From NCBI GenBank assembly GCA_019311105.1, contig JAFDDA010000001.1, forward strand, positions 325-64,324: a stretch of DNA of 64,000 nt, in the 5' to 3' direction. The notes below the pieces were generated by a model. That model made no database searches. It was not told the origin of the DNA and was given only the letters and a program-made list of their open reading frames with translations. This DNA is from Deltaproteobacteria bacterium. Lineage in GTDB: Bacteria > Myxococcota_A > UBA9160 > JAFDDA01. The translations under genes were made by a program, and so were the position numbers. Positions 29,706 to 39,066 of this stretch are shown here, in pieces. The stretch's first letter is position 1; every line of letters starts with the position of its first letter.

Positions 29706-30911
29706 ATGAAACGCCTGCTCCTGACTCTGTGTGCGGCCCTGGTCGTCGGGCCGCTCGCGGCCGCTGCCGACGAGGTCCACCTCATCCCCGAGGACAAGGC
29801 CGCCTGGACGCCGGGCCGCATGTTTGGCTTCCTGCGACCCGGCCACAACTACGGCGACCGCCAGATCGAGGTCGAGACCACGCCCTCCGATGCCGTGGTC
29901 GACCTCTACTACGTCCGCGCTGGGTTCCAGAAGCGCTATGAGCAGGCCGACGCGCCGGTGACGGTGGTGCTGCCGACCCGCTCCGCGTCGACGAGCCGCG
30001 ACACCGTGACCATCCGCGCCTCGGCCGAGGGCTGGAAGGCCAAGGAAGTGACGCTGCGGGTGCAGGGGAAGGAGGACAAGGTCCTCCTCGAACTCGACCC
30101 CCTGGCGAACATGCTCTTCGCGGTCTCCCACAGCTACTTCGGCGGGCGAGGCTCGGTTTCGTTCCAGACGAAAGAGGCGCCCCAGGTCCGGCTGCAGAAG
30201 GGGGCGCGCTCGTTCCAGGTTTCGCTGGCCGAGACCGCGCGCGGCGAAGCCCTCGAGCAGAGCTTCTCCCAGGTGAAGAGCCCGCTCGTCGGGGGCCTCG
30301 GGTCCCAACAGGTCGGCGACGATCTGCTCGTGCGGGTCGTCCTCGCGCCGGGCGTGACGGCCTCGGACATCGAGATGCGCTCCCGCCAGAGCCACGACCC
30401 GATCGGCGACCGCTATCTCTTCTCGCTCGATTTCCTGCCCGTGGACGGCGGAGAGCGCTCGGTCGAGGAAGCGCGCGCGGCGCTCAAACGGATCGCGCGC
30501 GGCGACGTCAGCGGCTGCGCTCTCGACTTCGATTCGGCCCTGCGCAGCCGTCTCGACGCGGCCGACCTTGCGCGAAGCCTCGCGCCGAGCGGTTCGTTCA
30601 CCGACCCCTACCTGCGTTCCGCCATGCGTCGGCTCGGTGAGGTCAGCGAAGGCGGGCGCATCGTTCTGCTCGACGGCTCGCAATACGCCCCGTCGAAACC
30701 GCTCGAACTCGCGGCCGCCATGACCGAAGCCTCCCAAGCACGGGGCTTCCTCGCTCTGCTGCGTCGCTTCGTCGATTTGCTCGAGCCCGAAGCTCAGCGG
30801 ACGGTCGCGTTCCGGAGCCTGGTGGCGCCCGGGGTGGGCGCGGCAGAGTTCGTCGAGATGCTGTCCGCCGCCGAGGCGGCGGAGGCGGCCTGCCCGAGCC
30901 GCTCGCGCTAG
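29706..30911 (+). CDS. secreted hypothetical protein
   Basis: Signal peptide MKRLLLTLCAALVVGPLAAAAD. Coding-like codon usage and no motif I recognise. Confidence 0.6.
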   Translation: MKRLLLTLCAALVVGPLAAAADEVHLIPEDKAAWTPGRMFGFLRPGHNYGDRQIEVETTPSDAVVDLYYVRAGFQKRYEQADAPVTVVLPTRSASTSRDTVTIRASAEGWKAKEVTLRVQGKEDKVLLELDPLANMLFAVSHSYFGGRGSVSFQTKEAPQVRLQKGARSFQVSLAETARGEALEQSFSQVKSPLVGGLGSQQVGDDLLVRVVLAPGVTASDIEMRSRQSHDPIGDRYLFSLDFLPVDGGERSVEEARAALKRIARGDVSGCALDFDSALRSRLDAADLARSLAPSGSFTDPYLRSAMRRLGEVSEGGRIVLLDGSQYAPSKPLELAAAMTEASQARGFLALLRRFVDLLEPEAQRTVAFRSLVAPGVGAAEFVEMLSAAEAAEAACPSRSR

Positions 30912-30948
30912 GCTTCTCTCCTCTCCCGCCGGTCCCGGCGGAACTCCA

Positions 30949-31680
30949 ATGACTTCTCTCTCGATGGGTGTCGCTCGCCGGCTCGGTCTCGCATCGGCGT
31001 CGGAGGGGCCGCGTGAGCGGCTTCGAGCGGTGGGGCCGGCCGCGCTCGCGGACGAAGAACTGCTGGCGCTGCTGTTGCGAACCGGGGTAGGCGGGCGCGA
31101 TGCACTCGAGGTGGCGCGTGCTCTGCTCGGCCAGTGTGGTGGATTGCGCGGGGTGGCCTCCGCCACGGCGTTCGAACTCGAGACCCAGGCGGGCGTCGGC
31201 CCGGCCAAGGCCGCGAGCTTGCGCGCCGCCCTCGAGGTGGGCCGCCGCATGGCCACGCGGCGCCTGCGGCCCGGCGACGGCATCCGTGGCCCGGCCGACG
31301 TCTTCCGTCACTTCCACGCCCGCCTGCGCGACGCCACGCGCGAGCGGTTTCTGGCCCTGCTGCTCGACGGCCGGCACCGCGTGATCCGAGAAGTCGAAAT
31401 CTCCCAGGGGACGCTGACCGCGAGCCTCGTGCATCCGCGCGAGGTCTTCCGGCCGGCTCTCCGGGAAGGAGCGGCCGGCCTGGTGGTCGTACACAACCAC
31501 CCGAGCGGCGACCCGACCCCGAGCGCCGAAGACCGGCGCGTGACCGACCGCCTCGTCCGGGCCGGCGAGCTGCTGGGCGTCGAGCTACTCGACCACGTGG
31601 TGGTGGCCGAGCACGGTTACCGCAGCCTTCGCGAGGGCTCGGTCTGGCCCCCACCCGAGGCGCCTCCGGGGAAACCCTGA
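30949..31680 (+). CDS. radC: RadC-family JAB-domain protein
   Basis: LADEELLALLLRTG N-terminus and the JAMM motif VVHNHPSGDPTPSAEDRRVT. Confidence 0.9.
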   Translation: MTSLSMGVARRLGLASASEGPRERLRAVGPAALADEELLALLLRTGVGGRDALEVARALLGQCGGLRGVASATAFELETQAGVGPAKAASLRAALEVGRRMATRRLRPGDGIRGPADVFRHFHARLRDATRERFLALLLDGRHRVIREVEISQGTLTASLVHPREVFRPALREGAAGLVVVHNHPSGDPTPSAEDRRVTDRLVRAGELLGVELLDHVVVAEHGYRSLREGSVWPPPEAPPGKP

Positions 31681-31759
31681 GCCTGGAGGGCCGCCACCGA
31701 ACGGTTAAGGCCCGAGGGCGGAACGGTCGATGAGAACCGTGGCCCCATCGAGGTTGTCC

Positions 31760-32125
31760 ATGTCGCTGAAGCACACGCCCGAGCCTGCCGCAGACGATCG
31801 ACGCAAGTCGCCGCGTACCCAGGCCGTCATCCCCGTGGATTACTCCACGGTGGACGCGTTCTTCTCCGAGTTCACGATGAACATCAACGAAGGCGGCATG
31901 TTCGTGGGGACCGACAGCGAGCACGCCATCGACACGCTCGTGACCCTTCGCTTCCGGTTGCCCGGCAGTGAGGCGCCCTGCGAGGTCGTCGGTCGCGTGG
32001 TCTGGCTCCGGGAAGCCGCGGACGAAGAAGGCCCGCGCGGCATCGGCATCGAGTTCGAAACCCTCGATGACGGCACGCGCACCCGCATCAACGATCTCGT
32101 CCGCGAGCTGCGGACGCAGGCCTAG
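31760..32125 (+). CDS. PilZ-related domain protein (TIGR02266-type)
   Basis: RRKSPR...VDYST...FTMNINEGGMFV...GRVVWLRE...GIGIEFE. ATG 31760 has a better SD (GAGG, 6 nt) than ATG 31730. Confidence 0.75.
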   Translation: MSLKHTPEPAADDRRKSPRTQAVIPVDYSTVDAFFSEFTMNINEGGMFVGTDSEHAIDTLVTLRFRLPGSEAPCEVVGRVVWLREAADEEGPRGIGIEFETLDDGTRTRINDLVRELRTQA

Positions 32126-32197
32126 CCCGCACGGAACCCGAGGCCTGCTGCAGGCCTGGCCCGCACCCAACCCAGTCCGAACTCGGTCCGCTCTTCT

Positions 32198-32620
32198 CTA
32201 GAAGGGGATGTCGTCGTCTGCCGGCGGCGGCGGCTCGCCCGAAGCACCGCTGGCACCCGCCGGCTTGCCCCCACCGCCCGAGCCGCCTTCGCGCGGGCCC
32301 ACGAACTGGACCTCCTGGGCGACGATCTCGGTGGTCTTCTGCTTCTGGCCTTCCTTGTTCTCCCACTCGCGGGTCTGCAGTCGGCCCTCGATGTAGACCG
32401 TGCGGCCCTTCGAGAGGTACTGCGAGCAGAACTCGGCCGTCTGCCCCCACACCACGATGCGATGCCACTCGGTGCGCTCGTCGCGCGTGCCATCCTTCTT
32501 CTTGAAGCGCTCGCTGGTCGCCAACGAGAAGTTCGCGACTGCGGTGCCCTGCTGCGTGTAGCGGAGCTCGGGGTCACGCCCGAGGTTGCCGACCAGGATG
32601 ACCTTGTTGACGCCTGCCAT
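32198..32620 (-). CDS. ssb: single-stranded DNA-binding protein
   Basis: [22 protein letters not shown]...[10 protein letters not shown] and the acidic tail DDDIPF. Confidence 0.95.
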   Translation of the reverse strand: MAGVNKVILVGNLGRDPELRYTQQGTAVANFSLATSERFKKKDGTRDERTEWHRIVVWGQTAEFCSQYLSKGRTVYIEGRLQTREWENKEGQKQKTTEIVAQEVQFVGPREGGSGGGGKPAGASGASGEPPPPADDDIPF

Positions 32621-32961
32621 GGTGTCTCTCCAGGAGATGAGAGTGAGGGAACCCGCTCATGATCCCGCCGCCCCGAGGTGAAGTCAATGAGCCGCGAGGC
32701 GACGGGGCGAGTGTTTGCGCGGGATCGTTGCCGTTGGTGAACGGAACGATGCAAGATGACAAACGTCGTTCTCAGGACTCGACCCCGATGCGCGCTTGCG
32801 ACTGTGGTTGCTGCCCAAACGCCGGGTCACTAAGCTCGCTCGACGGACGTGTAGCGTTCCCCATGGGGGGTGGGACGTGAACCTTGAAGACCGGCGCAGG
32901 CTCGATCCGAGCACACGCCAACGACTGCGAGCCGTCCCCGGCTCAGGCGGACCGGTGAGCC

Positions 32962-35403
32962 GTGGCTAAGGCTGCGGCGGCACGCCGTACCCGTGTGGCC
33001 GCGGCCACGACCCCGCCGGGCGGCGTCTGGGCGGAGGTGAGTGGCGTCGGCCTGGTCTTGCTGGCCATGCTGGCCACGCTGGCGCTCTCGACGTACGAGG
33101 CCTCCGACCCCCTCTTCGAACTCGGCTCCGTCGAGAACCGCGCGGGCGTCGTCGGCGCGCATCTCGCGGCCCTTCTCCAAGGCGGCCTCGGTTGGGGCTC
33201 CCTCGTTCTCGTCCTGGGCCTCGGCGTCGTCGGGGTCCGCTTGCTCCTGGGCCGCGGGGTATCTGGCGTTGCCGGGCGCACCTGGGTCGGGACGGCCCTG
33301 GCGGTGCTGGCCCTGGCCGCGTTGCCGCCCCTCGTCGATGCGGTGCGGCCCGACGTGATCCCCCACCCGGGCGGCGGTGTGGTCGGTGCCTGGCTGGCTT
33401 CGGGGGAGCGCGTGCTCCTCAGTCTCTGGGGTGCCTTGCTCCTGAACGGCTTCCTGCTCAGCATCGGGGTGCTCTACTTGTTGGGAGTCCCGACCGGGAC
33501 GGCCGTCGAAGCGTTGGTGCGGGTTGCGGGTTGGCTCGGAGCGGGGCTCGGCGTGATCGGCGGCGCGCTGGTCGCGGGCCTGACCGCGTTGGCCCACGGC
33601 GTGGTCGAGACCGGCCAGGGCGCTCGACGCGCGACATCCCGAGTCGTCGCCTCCCTTCGCCGCGGAGTTCAAGCTGGCGTCGTGTGGCGCGCACGGCGCG
33701 CGCGAAAGACCCAGGTCGTCGTGCCTCGAGACGACTCCGAGCTGCCGCCGCCGGGCCCGGCGGAAGCGAGGCCCGCCGCCCTGCCGCCGCCCGTCGCAGC
33801 GCGGCCCAAGAAGCCTGGCGAGCTCGAAATCGTCGACCATGAAGCCGACCGAGCGTCCAAGCATGCACCCGAGCAGGAAACGTTTGCCTTCTCCGAGGGT
33901 GGCGGCGGCGTGCCGTGGGTTCAGCCGGACATCGACCTCTTCAGCCGTCCGCCCGCCGGGCAGCGAAAGATCGACCCCGAAAGCCTGACCATGAACGCGC
34001 GCATTCTCGAGAAGAAGCTCGCCGACTTCAATGTGGGCGGGAGCGTGCTGAAGGTCCATCCCGGGCCGGTCATCACGATGTACGAGTTCGAGCCGGCATC
34101 GGGCGTGAAGGTGGGCAAGATCGTCGGGCTCTCGGACGACCTCGCCCTGGCGCTCCGGGCACTCTCGGTCCGCATCATCGCGCCGTTGCCGGGCAAATCC
34201 GTGGTCGGGATCGAGGTCTCGAACCCGGAACGCGAGACGGTCTATCTGCGCGAGATGCTCGAGGACGACAGCTTCCGCAACGCGTCCGGGAAGCTCACCC
34301 TGGCCCTCGGCAAGGACATCTTCGGAAACCCCGTCGAGGGCAACCTGGCACGCATGCCCCACCTCCTGGTCGCCGGCGCGACGGGCACGGGCAAGAGCGT
34401 GTTCTTGAACTCGCTGCTGTGCTCGCTCCTCTACCGCACCTCGCCCGCGGATCTGAAGCTCCTTCTCATCGACCCGAAGCTCCTGGAGTTGTCGATCTAC
34501 GAGGGGATCCCGCACCTGATCGCCGACGTCGTCACGAACCCGAAGCGGGCGGCGGGGGCCTTGGCGGGCATCGTCCACAAGATGACCGAGCGCTACCAGA
34601 TGATGGCCGCCATCGGGGTGCGCAGCATCGACCAGTTCAACGAACGCGCCGTGGAGGCCCTGGCCGGGGGCGAGACCCACTTCGAGCTGAAGAAGAAGCC
34701 GGGGGAGGAGCACGCCGAGGAAGTCGCCTGGCGCAAGCTCCCCTACATCGTCGTCGTCGTGGACGAGCTCGCCGACCTGATGGTCGTGTGTGCGCGCGAC
34801 GTCGAAGAGGCGCTGCAACGTCTGGCGCAGATGGCGCGGGCGGCCGGCATCCACCTCGTGCTCGCGACCCAGCGGCCGAGCGTCGACGTCCTGACGGGCG
34901 TGATCAAGGCGAACTTCCCGGCACGGATCAGCTTCCAGGTTTCGTCGCGCACCGACTCGCGCACGATCCTCGATCAGAACGGTGCCGACACTCTGTTGGG
35001 CAACGGCGACATGCTCTTCCTGCCGCCCGGGACGTCGAAGATGCAGCGCATCCACGGCGCGTTCGTGACCGAGAAGGAGGTCTCGGCCCTCGTCGAGGCC
35101 TTGCGTGCCCAGGGGGCTCCGGAGTTCGACGAGACGATCATCCGCATGAACGAGGAGATCGACGCGGGCGGCAGTGGCGCATTGCCCGGCGACGACGGCG
35201 GGAGCGACGAGCTCTACGACCGCGGCGTCGCCGTCGTGACCGAGACGCGCAATGCGTCCATCTCCTACCTCCAACGCCGGTTGAAGATCGGATACAACCG
35301 GGCGGCTCGGATGATCGAGCAGATGGAGGAGGAGGGGCTCGTCGGGCCGAATGAAGGGACTAAGGGGCGGCAGGTTCTCGTTTCTGCGATCGAACCTGAG
35401 TGA
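32962..35403 (+). CDS. ftsK: DNA translocase FtsK
   Basis: N-terminal TMs, Walker A GATGTGKS, VVVVDELADLM, ATQRPSVDV and the C-terminal gamma domain SISYLQRRLKIGYNRAARMIE. Confidence 0.95.
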   Translation: MAKAAAARRTRVAAATTPPGGVWAEVSGVGLVLLAMLATLALSTYEASDPLFELGSVENRAGVVGAHLAALLQGGLGWGSLVLVLGLGVVGVRLLLGRGVSGVAGRTWVGTALAVLALAALPPLVDAVRPDVIPHPGGGVVGAWLASGERVLLSLWGALLLNGFLLSIGVLYLLGVPTGTAVEALVRVAGWLGAGLGVIGGALVAGLTALAHGVVETGQGARRATSRVVASLRRGVQAGVVWRARRARKTQVVVPRDDSELPPPGPAEARPAALPPPVAARPKKPGELEIVDHEADRASKHAPEQETFAFSEGGGGVPWVQPDIDLFSRPPAGQRKIDPESLTMNARILEKKLADFNVGGSVLKVHPGPVITMYEFEPASGVKVGKIVGLSDDLALALRALSVRIIAPLPGKSVVGIEVSNPERETVYLREMLEDDSFRNASGKLTLALGKDIFGNPVEGNLARMPHLLVAGATGTGKSVFLNSLLCSLLYRTSPADLKLLLIDPKLLELSIYEGIPHLIADVVTNPKRAAGALAGIVHKMTERYQMMAAIGVRSIDQFNERAVEALAGGETHFELKKKPGEEHAEEVAWRKLPYIVVVVDELADLMVVCARDVEEALQRLAQMARAAGIHLVLATQRPSVDVLTGVIKANFPARISFQVSSRTDSRTILDQNGADTLLGNGDMLFLPPGTSKMQRIHGAFVTEKEVSALVEALRAQGAPEFDETIIRMNEEIDAGGSGALPGDDGGSDELYDRGVAVVTETRNASISYLQRRLKIGYNRAARMIEQMEEEGLVGPNEGTKGRQVLVSAIEPE

Positions 35404-35420
35404 GGACTGTCCGGGGAGGC

Positions 35421-35542
35421 GGCCGGCGTGGCGAGGGCTTCTCCGGCGAATGGCTCGGCCGCGGTGGGGCGGGGTCTCAGCCTCGGACTCTCTTGCGCGG
35501 CCTGTGCTTTATTTCGCCGGAGAAGCCCTCGCCACGCCGGCC
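35421..35542. repeat. palindromic element copy A (perfect 30-bp stem, 62-nt loop)
   Basis: 35421-35450 GGCCGGCGTGGCGAGGGCTTCTCCGGCGAA is the exact reverse complement of 35513-35542. The loop begins TGGCTCG and ends GCTTTAT. An inner 7-bp stem pairs GGCCGCG with CGCGGCC. Confidence 0.9.
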
Positions 35543-35608
35543 TCTTGCCTGCTCGAGCGCAGAAACGTGGTGCGAATCTTCCTGGGGGTTTCGGTGTCTA
35601 ACCCGACG

Positions 35609-36289
35609 ATGGTGAGATTGATCGTCGCGTTGTTGGCTTTGGGTTTTCCGGCTTGGTCGGCCGCGGCTGATGATTTGGAGCTGGATCGGTCTTGTGCTTC
35701 TTCGGTTGCCGGGAAGGTGCAGGGCCACTACGAGGCGATCTCGGATTGGTCGGCCTCGTTCGAGCAGACTCGGAAAGCGGCTTCGTTTGGCCTCGGCGGG
35801 GCCGCTCGGGCCGAACCCACTCGCCAGGGCACGGTGGTGTTCTCGAAGCCGGGGCGGATGCGGTGGAGCTATGTCTCGCCGGATCCGAGCTTGTTCGTCA
35901 CGGACGGGCAGGTGGTGTGGATGTACGATCCGCTGCTCGGTGAAGCCCAGCGTCTCACGGACGCCGGGGGGCTCCTTTCCGGCGCTGCGGTGCGTTTCCT
36001 GATGGGGCAGGGCGATCTTGCCGATTCCTTCACCATCACGGCGGCCGACTGCTCGGTTTCGCCCATCCGGCTCGACCTCCTGCCCAAGAAGGACGAGGGC
36101 TACGAGCGGCTCGCCCTCGACGTCGACCCCGAGACCGGGCGCGTGGTGGCGAGCACGGTCACCGACCTCTTCGGGAACCAGACCCGCGTCGCCTTCACGA
36201 ACGTGCAGATCAACACCGGGCCCGACCCGGCGCTGTTCACCTTCGATCCGCCCGAGGGCGTCACGGTGATCGATCTCGGGGCCCCGTGA
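35609..36289 (+). CDS. lolA: outer-membrane lipoprotein carrier protein LolA
   Basis: Signal peptide MVRLIVALLALGFPAWSAAAD. F-Q-GTVVFSKPGRMRWSY...DG-VVWMYDP pattern. Confidence 0.85.
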   Translation: MVRLIVALLALGFPAWSAAADDLELDRSCASSVAGKVQGHYEAISDWSASFEQTRKAASFGLGGAARAEPTRQGTVVFSKPGRMRWSYVSPDPSLFVTDGQVVWMYDPLLGEAQRLTDAGGLLSGAAVRFLMGQGDLADSFTITAADCSVSPIRLDLLPKKDEGYERLALDVDPETGRVVASTVTDLFGNQTRVAFTNVQINTGPDPALFTFDPPEGVTVIDLGAP

Positions 36290-37106
36290 GCAACGCGGCG
36301 GCGGGAGCCCGGCGCGCATTTTGGCGTCCGGAGGCGTCGGATCGCGGCGCATCGCGCCTGTGCAGGGCCGCGCGCATCTACGCAGAATTGCGCGGGGTCG
36401 CCGCCACCTGGCCCGAGCTTTTCCCATTGAGGGCACAGGTGTTCCCCCTAGACGCAGGCGCTCCAGGCTCGCGGGCGGCAGGTGCAACCGTGGGCTGCGG
36501 TGGCCGTGTTTCCGACGCCCATGTCGAAGCCTCACCACCGGATTCGCCCGCGCCTCACGAAGTGGCAGCCCGCGAGCAGTTCGCCTGCAACGACTGCGTC
36601 ACCGACGGGTCGCCCGGCGGCCCCTACCTTTCGAGGGCGGCAGCGAACCAGGCGTTCCGAGCCGGCAGACCACAACGGTCATGGCGGCGCACGCTTCGAG
36701 GGCGAACTGCACGTTCGCGATGGTTGACAGGAGAGGGCCCTGGGGTATTTTTCGTGGGCCCGAAAAGGATCATGAATTCGGGTAGTTGGGAGATTGGGCG
36801 CCGCTGCGTTGCAGCGGGTTGGACGGTGCGAGAGTCGACCCGGTACAGAAGCGTTCACGGCGGCCCGGAGCTCGGGCCCGCAACGCTCCCGTCCATCCGA
36901 GGCCTTGCACAGCCCATGCACTCCCTTTGTACCCAGCCTGTTGGCGGTTTATCGCCAGAGGCGGAACGCCCGCAGGATGCGCTTCGTCGCACCGCGGGGG
37001 CCGTGCCCAGCGGGGACACAGACCGCGGCACGCGCCTTGCAGTAGGCACCAGGACAATGGTCCCCCGTGAAACGGCAATGCGAAGCGTGAGCGAGGAGAG
37101 GGTGCA
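36290..37106. other. 0.8-kb stretch without a convincing gene, upstream of the proteasome ATPase
   Basis: Only Arg/Ala/Gly/Pro-rich ORFs with many A/T-ending and rare codons. It contains small hairpins, for example CCGCTGC-GTT-GCAGCGG at 36801-36817. Confidence 0.4.
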
Positions 37107-38939
37107 ATGAGCGAGTACGACTCCGGGTCTGGATCTGGGCGCAAGGGTTTCGTGCGGGACGTGATGCGGCGCATCACGCCGGCCAATCCTCATGATGAAG
37201 AAGGCAACCCCACGGGCGAGCCCGACCCGCGCCAGGAGGCCGACGATCTGCGCGACGCGATGAAGTTCTTCGGGACCGACTCCACGGAGTTCCGCCGCCG
37301 GCTCGACCGGCTGATGGCGGAGTTCGAAGCGCTGCGACGGCGCTACGAACTCGTGCGCGATCAGCACGCCGATGCCGAGCGCCAGAACGAAAAGCTCGTC
37401 GGCACACTTCAAGAGGCGAAGCAGCAGATCGAACTCCTCAAGGAGGAGGTCGACAAGCTCTGCGCCCCGCCCAACAGCTATGGGATCTTCCAGCGGGCGA
37501 ACAAGGACGGCACGGCCGAGATCGTCATCGACGGCAAGCAGATGCGCGTCAACGTCCACCCGAACCTGGACCCGTTCCAGCTCGAGGACGGCCAGCTCTG
37601 CGTGCTGAACGAGGCATTCAACATCGTCGAGCCCGCGGGCTACACCTCGCGGGGCGAGATCGCGACGGTGTCCGAGGTGCTCGAGGACTTCCGGGCCATC
37701 GTGCTGGGCCACACCGACGACGAACGTGTCGTGACCCTGGCCGAGCCGCTGCGTGGCGAGAAGCTCAAGGCCGGCGACAACCTGATGATCGACCCGCGCA
37801 CCCAGTACGCCTTCGAGCGGATGCCGAAGTCGTCGGTCGAGGAAGTCGTGCTCGAGGAGGTGCCCGACGTCACCTACGACGACATCGGTGGCCTGGAAGA
37901 GCAGATCGGCGTCCTGCGGGATTCGGTCGAGCTGCCCTACACGCACCCCGAGGTGTTCGCGGAGCACCAGCTCTCGCCGCCCAAGGGCATCCTGCTCTAC
38001 GGCCCTCCGGGCTGCGGCAAGACGCTGATCGCCAAGGCGGTGGCCAACAGCCTCGCCAAGAGCATCGAGGCCCGCACGGGCCGCTCCACGCCGGCGTACT
38101 TCCTGAACGTGAAGGGGCCCGAGCTCCTGAACAAGTACGTGGGCGAGACCGAGCACAAGATCCGTGAGGTCTTCAAGAAGGCGCGCGAGAAGGCGAACGA
38201 AGAGGTCCCCGTGGTGATCTTCTTCGACGAGATGGATTCGCTCTTCCGCATGCGAGGCTCCGGCATCTCCTCGGACATGGAGGCCACCGTGGTCGCCCAG
38301 TTCCTGTCGGAGATCGACGGCGTCGAGTCGCTGAAGAACGTGATCGTGATCGGTGCCAGCAACCGGCAGGATCTGATCGACCCGGCCGTGCTGCGGCCCG
38401 GGCGCCTGGATCTCAAGGTGAAGGTCCAGCGGCCGGATGCCAACGCTGCCCGCGCGATCTTCGCCAAGTACCTGACCGCCGATCTGCCCTTCCACCCCGA
38501 GGCGGAGCAGCAGTTCGGCAGCGACGGCGCGAAGATCGTCGATGGGATCATCCAGGAGACCGTCGACCGCATGTACAGCACCGAAGAGGAGAACAAGTTC
38601 CTCGAGGTGACCTACGCCAAGGGCGAGCGCGAGATCTTCTACTTCAAGGATTTCTCGAGCGGCGCCATGATCGAAAACATCGTTGCACGCGCCAAGAAGA
38701 TGGCCGTGAAGCGGGTGATCGATCACGACGAGCGCGGCATCAAACCCGAGGATCTGATCGCGGCGGTCAACGCGGAGTTCAAGGAGAACGAAGATCTCCC
38801 GAACACCACGAACCCCGACGACTGGGCCCGCATCTCTGGCAAGAAGGGTGAGCGCATCATCAACGTCCGCACGCTGATGACCGGCATCAGCCGGAAAGAG
38901 CGCTCGATCGAGGACGTCAACTCGGGGCAGTATCTCTAG
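37107..38939 (+). CDS. mpa: proteasome-associated AAA ATPase (Mpa/ARC)
   Basis: Coiled-coil N-terminus, OB region, Walker A GPPGCGKT, Walker B VVIFFDEMD and the C-terminal docking motif GQYL. GGAGAGG lies upstream of the ATG. Confidence 0.95.
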   Translation: MSEYDSGSGSGRKGFVRDVMRRITPANPHDEEGNPTGEPDPRQEADDLRDAMKFFGTDSTEFRRRLDRLMAEFEALRRRYELVRDQHADAERQNEKLVGTLQEAKQQIELLKEEVDKLCAPPNSYGIFQRANKDGTAEIVIDGKQMRVNVHPNLDPFQLEDGQLCVLNEAFNIVEPAGYTSRGEIATVSEVLEDFRAIVLGHTDDERVVTLAEPLRGEKLKAGDNLMIDPRTQYAFERMPKSSVEEVVLEEVPDVTYDDIGGLEEQIGVLRDSVELPYTHPEVFAEHQLSPPKGILLYGPPGCGKTLIAKAVANSLAKSIEARTGRSTPAYFLNVKGPELLNKYVGETEHKIREVFKKAREKANEEVPVVIFFDEMDSLFRMRGSGISSDMEATVVAQFLSEIDGVESLKNVIVIGASNRQDLIDPAVLRPGRLDLKVKVQRPDANAARAIFAKYLTADLPFHPEAEQQFGSDGAKIVDGIIQETVDRMYSTEEENKFLEVTYAKGEREIFYFKDFSSGAMIENIVARAKKMAVKRVIDHDERGIKPEDLIAAVNAEFKENEDLPNTTNPDDWARISGKKGERIINVRTLMTGISRKERSIEDVNSGQYL

Positions 38940-39066
38940 GCGCCTCGCATCTGGAAACACGGGGAGTTCGCCTGTCGGGCGGGCTCCCCGTCGCTTCCTG
39001 TGCCTCTGCGCTCTGGATGCAGCCCCGGGAAAAGGCACTATGCTCAACGGCCGAATCGGGGGTTAG

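Noticed and set aside
32621-32961. A possible tRNA or small RNA in the 341-bp ssb-ftsK divergent region, which contains an 11/12-bp hairpin ATCGTTGCCGTT-GGTGA-AACGGAACGAT near 32724-32752.
   Set aside because: It has no T-loop (GGTTCGAATCC-like) or cloverleaf. The hairpin alone is insufficient, and the region most likely holds divergent promoter and leader sequence.
35421-35542. Interpreting the palindromic elements as MITEs.
   Set aside because: I saw no target-site duplication. The arm sequences differ between copies in the middle while staying self-complementary. There is no transposase in the window. The possibility is left open in the finding, but I did not call it a mobile element.
36286-37110. 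A 274-codon ORF exactly filling the lolA-mpa gap, with overlapping start and stop codons.
   Set aside because: I did not call it as a CDS. It has rare-codon-rich, falling GC3, low-complexity basic composition and no recognisable domain. It is kept as a finding because the bridging overlaps are suspicious.
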